DNA of 64,000 nt from positions 43,214,001 to 43,278,000 of the forward strand of contig NC_045699.1 of assembly GCF_009834535.1 (NCBI RefSeq). The letters are read 5' to 3'. This document shows, one piece after another, positions 34,481 to 55,190 of the stretch. Under the pieces are notes generated by a model. It saw only the letters and a list, made by a program, of their open reading frames with translations, made no database searches and was not told the DNA's origin. A program made the position numbers and the translations under genes. The stretch's first letter is position 1. Each line of letters begins with the position of its first letter. Source of the DNA: Camelus ferus. Lineage: Eukaryota.

Positions 34481-37400
34481 GCTGGGGGTGGTGATAGGTA
34501 AAGGCCTGTTGGTTTGAACCCTGTGCAGGCACTGAACAATTGGGACATAGAGGATTTCCTAAGCTCCCTGTCGAGCCCCCCACCATCGTTGAACGTTCTC
34601 AGCAATTCTCGCCGCTGTCTTGTCCACCACGATCACACCTATTCTCTCCCACAGGAGCATGTGTCCATAGATCTAGGTGAGTCTGAAATAAGTGAAGTTT
34701 TGGGGGAAGAGAGGTCTCATGGGCCTGGCTATTCATACTTTCTATTTTGCAGAGATTGAGAGCTATGGAAAAGAGGGGGCGCAGATGATTCCACTTTCTG
34801 TGGAAGAGCCAGCAGAGCAGGTACTTGACTTGATTTACAAGATTATTCCCACATTCCACGGGTTCGGGCAGGATTCCTCATTCCTTTCCGACATCCCCTT
34901 GCAACTCTGCTGCCCACCTTTCCGAAACCCCAGGAGATTGCTGGGCTAATACTGACAGATGAGGAGAAGAGGCTATTGGACAAGGAGGGACTTACTCTGT
35001 CCTGGGACACTTCCTCTCACTAAGGTAAGACTCCCATTGGAGAAGCAGAAGCTGGAGGTGGGTTGTGAGTCCCAAGTAGGCCAATTCTGTTAATTTTATA
35101 TCAGTAACTTGAAAAAGGACTAAAGTGAGAGATTAGCAAATCAGCTGCTAGTTGGAAGCTGTAGCACATAGTTCATATGCCGGATGGAAAGGGCAGATCC
35201 TAGTTTTGTAGGGCTTGTGCATATTTTGGTGTTCTCTTTAAAAGAATTCAAAATTATCAGTGTAATATTAGTTAAGAATTTGGAAGGTACCATAGAAGCA
35301 AGGGGCCCTGACACAGATTTCACTGGTTTCACACTAATCCACCTATAGCTGAATGGTAAAATTGAGTTTTAGAGTTCATCAAGGCTGGACTATCTAGTAT
35401 AACAAGGATAAATGTAAAATCCTGAGTTTTAAGTTTCAAGCAATGGGTGGCAGCTTCACATGTGCAGTATTGTGATACTGTGATGAAATCAATTGTTTGT
35501 TGACAGAAAGGTTAAGAGAATTTTAATTTCTTCACAGTACAAGATGAGTCAACATGTGATATGACTACTAAAAAAGTGAATGAGGTTTGGAAGCTGTGTC
35601 AGTAGATGCCTAGTATCTAATAGTGTCATCTCTAGAAGGGTAGTAACCATCTTGCTCTCCTTTATACTGGACAAAACACATTAGTGTTCAAATTTGAGCC
35701 CAGATCTTTGACAGATATTAAGACGGTGTAGTCCATCCTGAGGAGAGAAGATGATGACTTAAAAATTTTGGCTAAATTTTTTTTTTAACTCTGAAAAAAA
35801 AAAAAGGCGTGCTTTAAAATGGCTAAAGATCTTTTTTCTATATGGCCTCAGAGATTGGGTGCTAGGTAAATCTAGTAGGTGGCAATAATAAAGGCAGATG
35901 TTGGCTCATGATAAGGAAGTCTTTTTTTTTTAATTAATAGAATTACTAAAGTGGTCTGGCTTCTGAGGGCATTAATGCTTGGTCCTTGGAAGCATTCAGA
36001 CAGAAGCAGAGTGCCTATTGGTCAGGGAAGCTGTAGGAGTTTCCACATTGGGAAGATTGAACTCAGTTGCCTTCAAACTCTTTGATCTAATGTTCCTCTG
36101 ATGATACCCCTTTTCCCTTCTCTCAGATGGAGGAACAAGTTCTGAAACGGGTGCGGAGGAAGATTCGAAACAAAAAGTCTGCTCAAGAGAGCCGCAGGAA
36201 GAAGAAGGTGTATGTGGGGGGTTTAGAGAGTAGGTATGTAGGGTAGAGGGACTCGGGGGTGGTGGTGGGGAAACAGGTCATTGGAAGGGTTAGGTTTTTG
36301 AAGGGAGGATACAGGCTGTATCCCCACATCCCTGTTATTCCCCCAGGGTCTTGAAATACACAGCCCAGAATCTGGAGCTACAGAACAGAGTCCAGCTCCT
36401 GGAAGAACAGAATCTGTAAGCAACTCTTCAACATCAGTCTTTTCTCATCCTTCCCACTTAATACTGTCTCACTCTTTCCCCTGCTCCATACTTCATTTCT
36501 GACTGGGTAGCTTCCCCATGTGAGGTCTGATGCTTGGCCTTTAGTGGGTCTCTAGTTCCAAGAGGCTCACAGTAATGGGGAATAAATTCACAAATAATTA
36601 TGGATATGTATCAAGAAAGAGAAAGGATGGAGTAAGAAAGACCTTTTGTGGCAGATGGCATTTGATAGTGATAGGATTCTGGGGTGGGTGGAGAGCATTC
36701 TAGGCAGAGAGAACACAGCACAGTCTAGTCCGGCCGGAACCTAACATAGGTGAGTTGGGCCAGAAGGCAGAGAATGTAGAATCCCTGGTGAGGATTCTGT
36801 GTGGAGCAGGAGAACCACTGAAGGTGTTTGCAAAAGGAGTTTAAGTCAGGGCAGGGCAGAGGGTGTGTGTTTGTTTTAATGAGGAACTTCAGGCATTTTG
36901 TTTACAGAGAGGAAGAGATCACTTGCAAAAATAGGTCAGAAAGTAAAAGAGAGGATCCAGTGCACAGATGGAGAGGGTGGCTTAACAGGATGGTTTTGTT
37001 GTATGTTATGTCAGGGTGCCAGGCCAGAGCCTGGTCACTGCCCCCTCTCTCTCCCCCTAGGTCCCTTTTGGATCAGCTGAGGAGACTCCAGGCCATGGTG
37101 ATTCAGACAGCAGACAAAGCCAGCAGCAGCAGTACCTGTGTCTTGGTGAGGATGGAGAGATTCTTTCCTCAAGTGGCATAGGGACAGGGGTACAATCCAG
37201 AGCCTTTATCTCTTTTTTTCCTGTGCTCCAGGTCCTGCTGTTCTCCTTCTGTCTTCTCTTCATGCCTGCTATGTACTCCTCTAACACAGGGCAGAACCTG
37301 CCAGCTGAGCACAGAGGTGAGAGGCTTGAGCATGCCATTAAGGGAGGGCTAGGGCAGAACCCAGCCTGCCCCTGAACAGTCTTTGTCTCCTCAGTGTTGT

Positions 37401-37711
37401 CCCGCCAGCTTCGTGCCCTCCCCAGCGAGGACCCTCACCAGCTGGAGCTGCCTGCCCTGCAGTCAGAGGTACCAAAGGACAACTCAGATCACAAATTCCA
37501 GGCTCCTAGCAACTCTTGCTGCCTGTTCTACCGCATGTCTCAGGTTCCTGGTGCAGAGTGTTCCCTGAAGTTGCCACTGCTTGACCATTTCTCAAAGTCC
37601 TCCTGCCCAGGTCCTATCTTACCCCTGCATGCAAATGTCACGAGAGAGGGAGGATGGCTCCCTAGCTGTAGCCCCATGTCTGTTATCTTGCAGGGCAGAT
37701 ACTCAGGCTAG
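34286..37711 (+). CDS. CREB3: cAMP-responsive element-binding protein 3 (Luman/LZIP), ER-anchored bZIP; 368 aa if a +1 insertion in exon 4 is removed
   Basis: Exons 34286-34423, 34529-34676, 34753-34820, 34934-35024 (91 nt, one extra), 36127-36233, 36347-36415, 37061-37145, 37232-37316, 37395-37711. Motifs: LxxLL (DLLDFLL), HCF-binding DHTY, b[26 protein letters not shown], hydrophobic [15 protein letters not shown]1P-type RQLR, C-terminal ILQGRYSG. Confidence 0.95.
35330..36105 (+). mobile_element. L3/CR1 LINE 3' fragment in CREB3 intron 4
   Basis: aacaaggataaatgtaaaatcctg...atgagtcaacatgtgatatgactactaaaaaag...ggcagatgttggctcatgataaggaag... follows the recalled L3 3' region in order. Confidence 0.7.
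36620..36900 (-). mobile_element. L2 fragment in CREB3 intron 6
   Basis: Segments such as gagagcattctaggcagagagaacacagc and ggagaaccactgaaggtgttt..caaaaggag are L2-like. Confidence 0.5.
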
Positions 37712-37860
37712 ATGTGAGGATTTGGGGTTCCTCAGCCAGACACTGGTGCCCCCAGTCCAGGTTCAAAGGAAAAGGAATGGGAGAGGGCTAGCCTCAGGTC
37801 TTGAGCCCTGTCAGGAAGCCTCAGGATCAAACACACTACACTTACTGGTTTTCTGGGTCT

Positions 37861-37866
37861 TTTATT
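37861..37866 (-). terminator. GBA2 polyadenylation signal AATAAA
   Basis: Plus-strand tttatt, about 320 nt past the GBA2 stop (38185). Confidence 0.75.
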
Positions 37867-37990
37867 TGTACCCACGTATGTCTGCCACCCCATGAATGGG
37901 CCTGGGAGAATCAATCACGCATTCACCCCATGAATGGACCTGGGACCTCCTTGAGCATTTCATGCAGTGAGGGGATGGGGTGAAGAAAGA

Positions 37991-37996
37991 AATAAA
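37991..37996 (+). terminator. CREB3 polyadenylation signal AATAAA
   Basis: First AATAAA seen downstream of the CREB3 stop (37711). Confidence 0.7.
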
Positions 37997-38184
37997 TAAG
38001 TGATTCTGATGCTTGGGGTACCCTCAACCCCTCTCTGCTGGCGCCTTTGGGTGAGGAGAAGGGAAGGCATGATTGTCCTGGTGGCTCAGGGCTGCAGGAG
38101 ACTGGGTGGGGTTGGGGTGGTGGAGGAGGAAAGGCCGGGCTGGAGGCTGAGCTGTTAGTGCCTCCTTCCCACAGTTCAGAGGGC

Positions 38185-48618
<10,434 letters not shown>

Positions 48619-48699
48619 GACCTCGATAGTTTCGGGTCCCGAGCTTTCTGGTGCAAAGTATCTGGTCAGCCAAGCCCAGATGCAGGCGCCGACTGTTGT

Positions 48700-49560
48700 T
48701 AGGTGCCGTCTCGGAGGGCCGGCCTCTTGGGAAAGGGGAGGTGAGCTGGTGTCTCCGTGGATCCGGGAAGCTGTTGCTGCTGCGGCGGCGGCGACAGCAA
48801 TGAAGCTGCCAGGAGCTCCCCCTCGGTGTTCTCTCTGGGTTCTGGGCGGGAAGGATCGGGCCTCGTCGTCATTGGGCCGTGGTGATTAGCTGGCCCGGGC
48901 AAAGGGCGACTGGGCCCGCAGAGAGGGGAGGAGTTCCCCGGGACCAGCCCGCCAGGCACCGCCCCCAGGACCAGCCTGGCAGTTGGCGGCAGCCTCGGCC
49001 CCGTCCCCCGGCCGCGGCGCCAGGCCCCCCAGGGTCCCGCCGGCCGGTGTCCGGGGCAGGCCCCGCACCCGGGTGCCGGCCCGTGGGAAGGTGACCCAGG
49101 GCGGCGGCACCACTCGAGCCCCTTCCGGCCCAGCCGGCCGGGCGCTTCCGGTCGGAAGGGGCTCGAAGAAGGGGGGCCGAGGGAAGTCCCGCCTCTGCCG
49201 CGGCCGCAGCCACGCACTTAGCCCGGGCCCGGAGGGGCGGGCGGTGGAGGGCCTCGGTGCACCGAGCCCCCAGATTTCGACCGTGCGAGGTGTCCGGGCT
49301 GGGGAGCGAGGTGACGGGCGGCTGTGACCCTGGACTGGGACGTGGAACCTTGAGGGAAGAGGGGCGGAGGCGACCGGGGGGTTCCGGAGGGTTTAGGGGG
49401 AATGACCCGGCGCGTGGAGGGGCGGGGGGCTGGGCCCCGGAGCTACGCCCTCCACCTAGGCAGTACCGAGTCAGCTGTCACCGTACCTCCCTTCCGCCTT
49501 CCCGCGCCCCAAATCTGGACGCTTCCCTTTGACACCGGGGTTCTGACCGCCCATTTCCTC
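48700..49560. promoter_or_regulatory. CpG island, bidirectional GBA2/RGP1 promoter
   Basis: CpG-dense segment between divergent genes. Has an inverted ETS pair CTTCCG-GT-CGGAAG (49145-49158) and GC boxes. Probable RGP1 exon 1 donor gag|GTGACG at 49310/49311. Confidence 0.88.
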
Positions 49561-49654
49561 GGTCCTCACCCCTAGGCTCGCCTGAGACACCCCTCCCTGC
49601 CGTGGTACTGACCTCTGACACCTGTTTCCTTCTAGATCCGATTCCGGAGCTGCC

Positions 49655-52600
49655 ATGATTGAAGTGGTAGCGGAGCTGAGCAGAGGTCCTGTGTTTCTGG
49701 CGGGGGAGGCGCTGGAGTGTGTGGTGACTGTCACCAACCCCCTGCCTCCCACTGCCACTTCTGCATCAAGGTGGGAATGCTGGTACAGAAAAAGGTGGTC
49801 CTTCTGGGAGGAAGCCTGGTGTCTATAGTGCTGAGCCAGAGCTCAGATTGTCCTGTGGCTACATCACCACTTTCTTGCTCATTGTGCTCTCATTGTAGGA
49901 AAGGGCTATTTAACAGATGTGGGTGACATAGCCCCCCACTCTCCTTTCCTCTCTCCTCCCCCATTCTGCCTTTTACCCTCAAGGTACGTATCTTTGTTTA
50001 ATGGTTTGTCTTTGGGGTTCTGGATTCTCTGATCCCGAAGACCGCCACCTCACTGTGTTGGTCTTCTCAGACAGTGTGGTAGAGTGTGTGGGAGAGCATT
50101 TGTGAAGTCAGGAACTCTCCTCTGATGTCCGCTTTTCCTCCTCTCATAGCGAGGCTCTGGCCTGGGCCAGTGCCCAAATCCACTGCCAGTTCCATGCCAG
50201 TGAGAGTCGAGTAGCACTGCCTCCCCCAGACTCCAGTCAGCCAGATGTCCAGCCTGAGAGCCAGACTGTCTTCCTACCACACCGAGGTTAGAAATGGGAC
50301 ATTTGGAGGGGTTTGGAATCATTGCTAGCCAAGGGTGAAGTTGTCAAATTGTTCTGGAGGGTCGTTATGGTCTCTGTCCCATTGGGGATGTGGGGGAGTG
50401 TAATTGTTGCTTTAGGGGCATAAAACTGTTCCTATCTCACAATAAAAAAAGATGAGTAGCTTAGTTTGGGTTGCCCTTTGTTGGCAGTGCTTACTGCCCC
50501 CACTAGCTGTGCCAGCCTACTCCAGTACTAGACAATGGGATCATTAAATTGCAGTCTTTCTTATCTTTTTTAGGTGAGAGGGGTCAGTGTATCCTTTCCA
50601 CTCCACCAAAAATCCTGTTCTGTGACCTGAGGCTAGACCCTGGAGAGTCCAAATCATGTGAGTGACTGCTCCTGACCCCTGGATTGCCTTCTAAGGCTCC
50701 TGGAGGGAGGACTTCTCTGGCTGCTTCTNNNNNNNNNNNNNNNNNNNNNNNNNNNNNNNNNNNNNNNNNNNNNNNNNNNNNNNNNNNNNNNNNNNNNNNN
50801 NNNNNNNNNNNNNNNNNNNNNNNNNNNNNNNNNNNNNNNNNNNNNNNNNNNNNNNNNNNNNNNNNNNNCTTTACTCAGGGTCCCTCTGAGGGTTCTTGTG
50901 CTGACTGGTAAGTAAGGGTTCTGGGAACGAAGTGCAGGGGAAGAGCCTCCCCCAAGCAGAAATGACCTTTAGAGGGCTAGTGAAGGGCTGGAGGGAAGCT
51001 TCCTGGTCTTAGTGAAGGTGTGAGGGAGTTGGGGAGAGAGGGTTCTGGAGAATAGATGAGATGTGTACCTCGGCCATGGCTTCCCTTACCATTTCAGCCC
51101 TCTTAGGAGGGAGTCTAAAACCCTAATCTCTACTCTTTTTGCTGTTCCCTCTCACTACCTCTCCACTCATTCTCTTTCTAGGCCTTCAAGATGTCCGGTT
51201 TCCCCAGGATGAGGCTGTAGCCCCATCCAGTCCATTCTTGGAGGAGGATGAAGGTGGGAAGAAGGATTCATGGCTTGCTGAGCTCGCTGGGGAGCGCCTC
51301 ATGGCTGCCACATCGTGTCGCAGCCTCCGTGAGAATCTTTTCAGAATTGCCCCTCCCCATCCTTTCCCTCACAGTATTCCTGTCTTGGAGACAGATTCTC
51401 CTAACTGATACGTATTTCTGAGGATCTACCGATATCTCACCCCAGATTGAAAAGAAAAGCCCCACCTTTTGGCCTATGGCTTCTAGCCTAAGACATTCCC
51501 CAGCGTGGACTCCAGGCTAACAGTGTCCCATTCTCCCCAGATCTGTATAATATCAGTGATGGCCGAGGAAAAGTTGGGACATTTGGCATCTTCAAATCTG
51601 TATACAGACTCGGCGAGGACGTGGTGGGGACCTTAAACTTAGGGGAAGGAACTGTAGCTTGTTTGCAGGTAAGAAGGGAGAGTGGCTTTTGAGGAATGAG
51701 GCCTGGAAGGAGAGGGCCTGCATAAAGAGGGCTGGGATGTAGAAGTGGGTAGTGGGGTCCCTTGGAGTCCCTCTGGTAAGCCAGCTTTGATGTTGGGGTG
51801 CCCTCTCACCTGGAGTCAGCACTTCCCAGTGCCTGCTAACACATATTTCTCTCCCAGTTTTCAGTAAGCTTACAGACCGAGGAGCAGGTACAGCCTGAGT
51901 ACCAGCGGCGCCGCGGGGCAGGGGGTGCCCCCTCTGTGTCTCATGTCACTCATGCCCGGCACCAGGAGTCCTGCCTCCATACAACCAGAACCAGCTTCTC
52001 CCTCCCCATCCCTCTCAGCTCCACCCCAGGCTTCTGCACAGCCGTTGGTGAGCCCCTGACCATTACTTGGGGTGGGGTTGAGGGGAGTGAAATGCTGTGT
52101 TTAGATAGAGTATAATAATGGACTGATTCCTAACACACTCTAGACATACCCACACTAGGCCCACGACCCTTAACATTCTCTCAGACCTTCAGCCTGTTTC
52201 CTAGGTGCGCTGACACCCACACTCTTTAACAGCTTTGCAGATCTTCCCTACCCCCTCCACTGGGACACTGTGATGCACTGATCTCTGATTCCCGAGCTTG
52301 TTTACTTCAAGCTACCAAGTACTGACTGTCCCACACTTGGGTTATTAGGCGTTTGCTGCTGCTATCTTATCGTCACATTTCCCATTAGCACACTAAATTT
52401 CTTCAGAGAAACCGTTGTTCCTAGCTCCGCCCCATGACCTCTCCCCCTCTTTCTGAATACAAGTTTTTGTTTGTTTGTTTGTTTTTTCATTTACTAACCA
52501 CATTAGCTTTTACTCCTGGATTCTAATGCTTCTAACTCTGCCTTTATCCTTTTTTCCACAGTATCCCTGAAGTGGCGTTTGCATTTTGAATTTGTAACAT

Positions 52601-52785
52601 CCCGAGAACCAGGTTTGGTGCTCCTACCTCCCATGGAACAGCCTGAGCCTGTCACTTGGACAGGGCCTGAGCAAGTGCCTGTAGACACCTTCAGCTGGGA
52701 CCTCCCCATCAAGGTGCTGCCTACAAGCCCTACCCTGGCCTCATATGCAGCCCCAGGGCCCAGCACCAGCACCATAACCATCTGA
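49655..52785 (+). CDS. RGP1: RAB6A GEF complex partner 1 (RIC1-RGP1 complex), 391 aa
   Basis: Starts [18 protein letters not shown] and ends ...[16 protein letters not shown]. Exons 49655-49770, 50150-50286, 50574-50657, about 50758-50907 (5' part in N-gap), 51182-51328, 51541-51668, 51858-52047, 52562-52785. Sum is 1176 nt assuming a 150-nt gapped exon. Confidence 0.96.
50729..50868. other. Assembly gap (140 N) overlapping an RGP1 coding exon
   Basis: N run is followed by ...[13 protein letters not shown]|gtaag. Confidence 0.97.
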
Positions 52786-52925
52786 AACTGGCCCACCGTG
52801 GCACTGCTTTCTTCAGGATACTGAGAACTCAGCACCTGGACTCCAGTAGGGCCCATTTTTTTTTCCACCTGGGGTTCAATGTCATAGACAATGAGAGGCA
52901 GGCTTTCAGCTGTAGCATTAACTTA

Positions 52926-52940
52926 TTTATTCAGAATAAA
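52926..52940. terminator. Back-to-back polyadenylation signals for MSMP (minus) and RGP1 (plus)
   Basis: TTTATT-CAG-AATAAA gives AATAAA on the minus strand at 52926-52931 and on the plus strand at 52935-52940. Confidence 0.75.
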
Positions 52941-53013
52941 TTGGCAGCTGCTAGTGGTTTCCCTGGAAGTGGCAGCAGTAGTGGGCAGTCAGCAGAAGGG
53001 GGATCAGTTGAGT

Positions 53014-53984
53014 TTAGCTGGAGTGGGGAGCAGGAGCCGCAGGAACAGGGGTGTTAGCTGAGCCCCACTCTGGGTCGGGCCCTCCCCCTTTGCAGGGCAG
53101 CCGGGGGTCAGATTTCTGTACCAGGGAGAACTGACAGGTTCCTGCCTCCTGACGTACCTCACACCCAGCCGGGAAGTCGATAGGATGCTGGGACCTGGGG
53201 AACCAAAGGATGAGGAATAAGTCAGAACAGTGAAGGTCCACCTTTATCCCTGCGCCACATCCCCCCTCTACTGGCATTCCTCCCACATCTTCCCCTAGTG
53301 CCCCCTTTTCCCCCTAGCTGAGCACTTGCCTACCATAGATGGATTTTTTTCGTTTCATAGCAGGAATATTTTCCCTCTAGATCCACCCCTTCTTCCTTCA
53401 CTTTGTAGCCTGAAGCCTTCTCTCTCACATTCTTATTGGTACCTTCTGGTTCGGCCAGCCTCATACTGCTATTCTGTTCACTCTCACATCACAGCAATCT
53501 AGTTACTTGCTGGCCAGCTCTCAGCTACTCTGTCAGAGCCATCCTCTCTGGCCATCTTTGGTCACTCACGTGTCACAGCAGCCCACACCGACGGGATGCA
53601 GACAGGTGCAATGGAAACAGTCCTTGCGGAGCCAAGATTCACCCAGGGTGAAATATTTACCTTCATAGTGGCAGGGGGCTAGGGAAGAAGAGAAAATGTT
53701 AGTGTGTCGGAGTAGGAGGGAATAAGTGCACACTGCTCCCACATTTAGTCTCTCCTGCTTCCCAGCTGGAGGGGGCTGGGTTTTCTGACATAGGATTGTC
53801 TTTGAGCCTCCCTCCTCCCAGTGCCCTCTGCTCCTTGTCCTTCCCTAATGCCTCACCCAGCTTTACCTTGAGCTTGGAAGTAGCACTTGCTGTGGACTCC
53901 TGGGTGCTGGAGGAGCAGAGACATCACCAAGCAGATGATCCCCCAGCCGCCCAGTATCCCCTTAGTCTGTCCAGCCCAGAGCAT
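53014..53984 (-). CDS. MSMP: Prostate-associated microseminoprotein (PSMP), secreted, 135 aa
   Basis: Exons 53867-53984, 53570-53678, 53014-53194 total 408 nt. Translation [135 protein letters not shown] shows a signal peptide and the beta-MSP-family Cys pattern. Confidence 0.95.
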
Positions 53985-54153
53985 CCTTAGGGTGCAGCCT
54001 TTCAGACCCTTCTTGGCTTCTTTTCAGGCTCCTCTGGTCTTGTCTCCTTGGCTTTTCTTTGTTTCTCACCTTGAATCTTAGCTTCTGTCTTTCTCTACTG
54101 GGCTCCTGTCTCACACCATCTCCGTGCCCTCTGCTCTTGCAGTCTTGGGGATG

Positions 54154-54159
54154 TTTATA
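54154..54159 (-). promoter_or_regulatory. TATA box of the MSMP proximal promoter
   Basis: Minus strand reads TTTATAAAC about 170 nt upstream of the MSMP ATG, implying a TSS near 54130. Confidence 0.6.
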
Positions 54160-54422
54160 AAGTGAGGACCCTGGCCCCCTGCTGAGTGGAGCTGGAAAAG
54201 CTGTAACTCTGTTTCCTGAGGTGAGGGCATGAAAACAAGAGGTCTAGCTTTAACAAGCTGTGAGAGCTGATTCATGCCCCCACACAGCTAGGGAGGGGGG
54301 GTGGTCATGGAAGGGGCACTGGACTGGGCACTTCCCCAGCAAGGAGGTAGGAGGGGTGAGGGCCCCCAGGTGGTCCCCAGAGCTCTTCCCTGACCTGGAG
54401 AGAAGGAAGCATTCCACCATCT

Positions 54423-54552
54423 NNNNNNNNNNNNNNNNNNNNNNNNNNNNNNNNNNNNNNNNNNNNNNNNNNNNNNNNNNNNNNNNNNNNNNNNNNNNNN
54501 NNNNNNNNNNNNNNNNNNNNNNNNNNNNNNNNNNNNNNNNNNNNNNNNNNNN
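54423..54552. other. Assembly gap (130 N) upstream of MSMP
   Basis: N run. Confidence 0.97.
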
Positions 54553-54979
54553 CTGGGATCCCTGCCTGGACCGGAGGGAGGCATTTCCTGGGGATGGCTA
54601 ATACTGTGCCCCAGCCAAACCAAGGAGATGCAGTAGGGTGCGACAGCCAGAGGCTCCAGGAGAGCGAACAGGCACCTGGAGTGGAGAATGTTTCTCTTAG
54701 ACCCTAGCACAGGGTCTGCTTGAAGTATCCTAGAGACATGACTGCCCCTCAGAGATTGGAGGGAGTGGGGCAGGGGTCTCTTTTTTACAGACATCTTAGA
54801 AATAGATTATCCATTGTTCATCACCACAAACATACAGCAGATATAAGATCACCCCATATCTGGGGATGATTCTTTCAAAGAAGAACATCTCTAAATGCCC
54901 TAGAGAATGAGAATTTAGGAACATATCCTTTGAGATCCTCTTTGGGGCTTCCTACAGGTTCTGGAGAAACCCCAGATGG

Positions 54980-55190
54980 GTGATTAAGAGTATAGGTTGT
55001 AGAGTCAAGATTACTTGGATTCAGATCCTGACTCCACTTAAAAGCTGTGTGACCTTGGGCAAGTTAGCTTACCTCTGAACCTGTTTCCTTATCTATAAAT
55101 TGGAATAGTAACACTAACTCATATGGTTGTCAAGAGGATTAAATGAGATAATGAATGTGATGTTCCTAGCACAGTCCCTGGCACACAGCC
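54980..55190 (+). mobile_element. MIR SINE
   Basis: gattaagagt...gctgtgtgaccttgggcaagttagcttacctctgaacctgtttccttatctataaattgg...gaggattaaatgagataat is a near full-length MIR. Confidence 0.88.

Noticed and set aside
34424-34528. Possible mirtron in the short CREB3 intron (human has annotated miR-6853 in CREB3 and miR-6852 in TLN1)
   Set aside because: I cannot fold or align reliably by eye. These human annotations are weakly supported and no convincing hairpin was seen.
48699-49532. Several overlapping 70-170 aa ORFs in the GBA2/RGP1 CpG island
   Set aside because: Typical GC-island artefacts, many with non-ATG starts. Only the ATG-initiated uORF at 48872 was retained.
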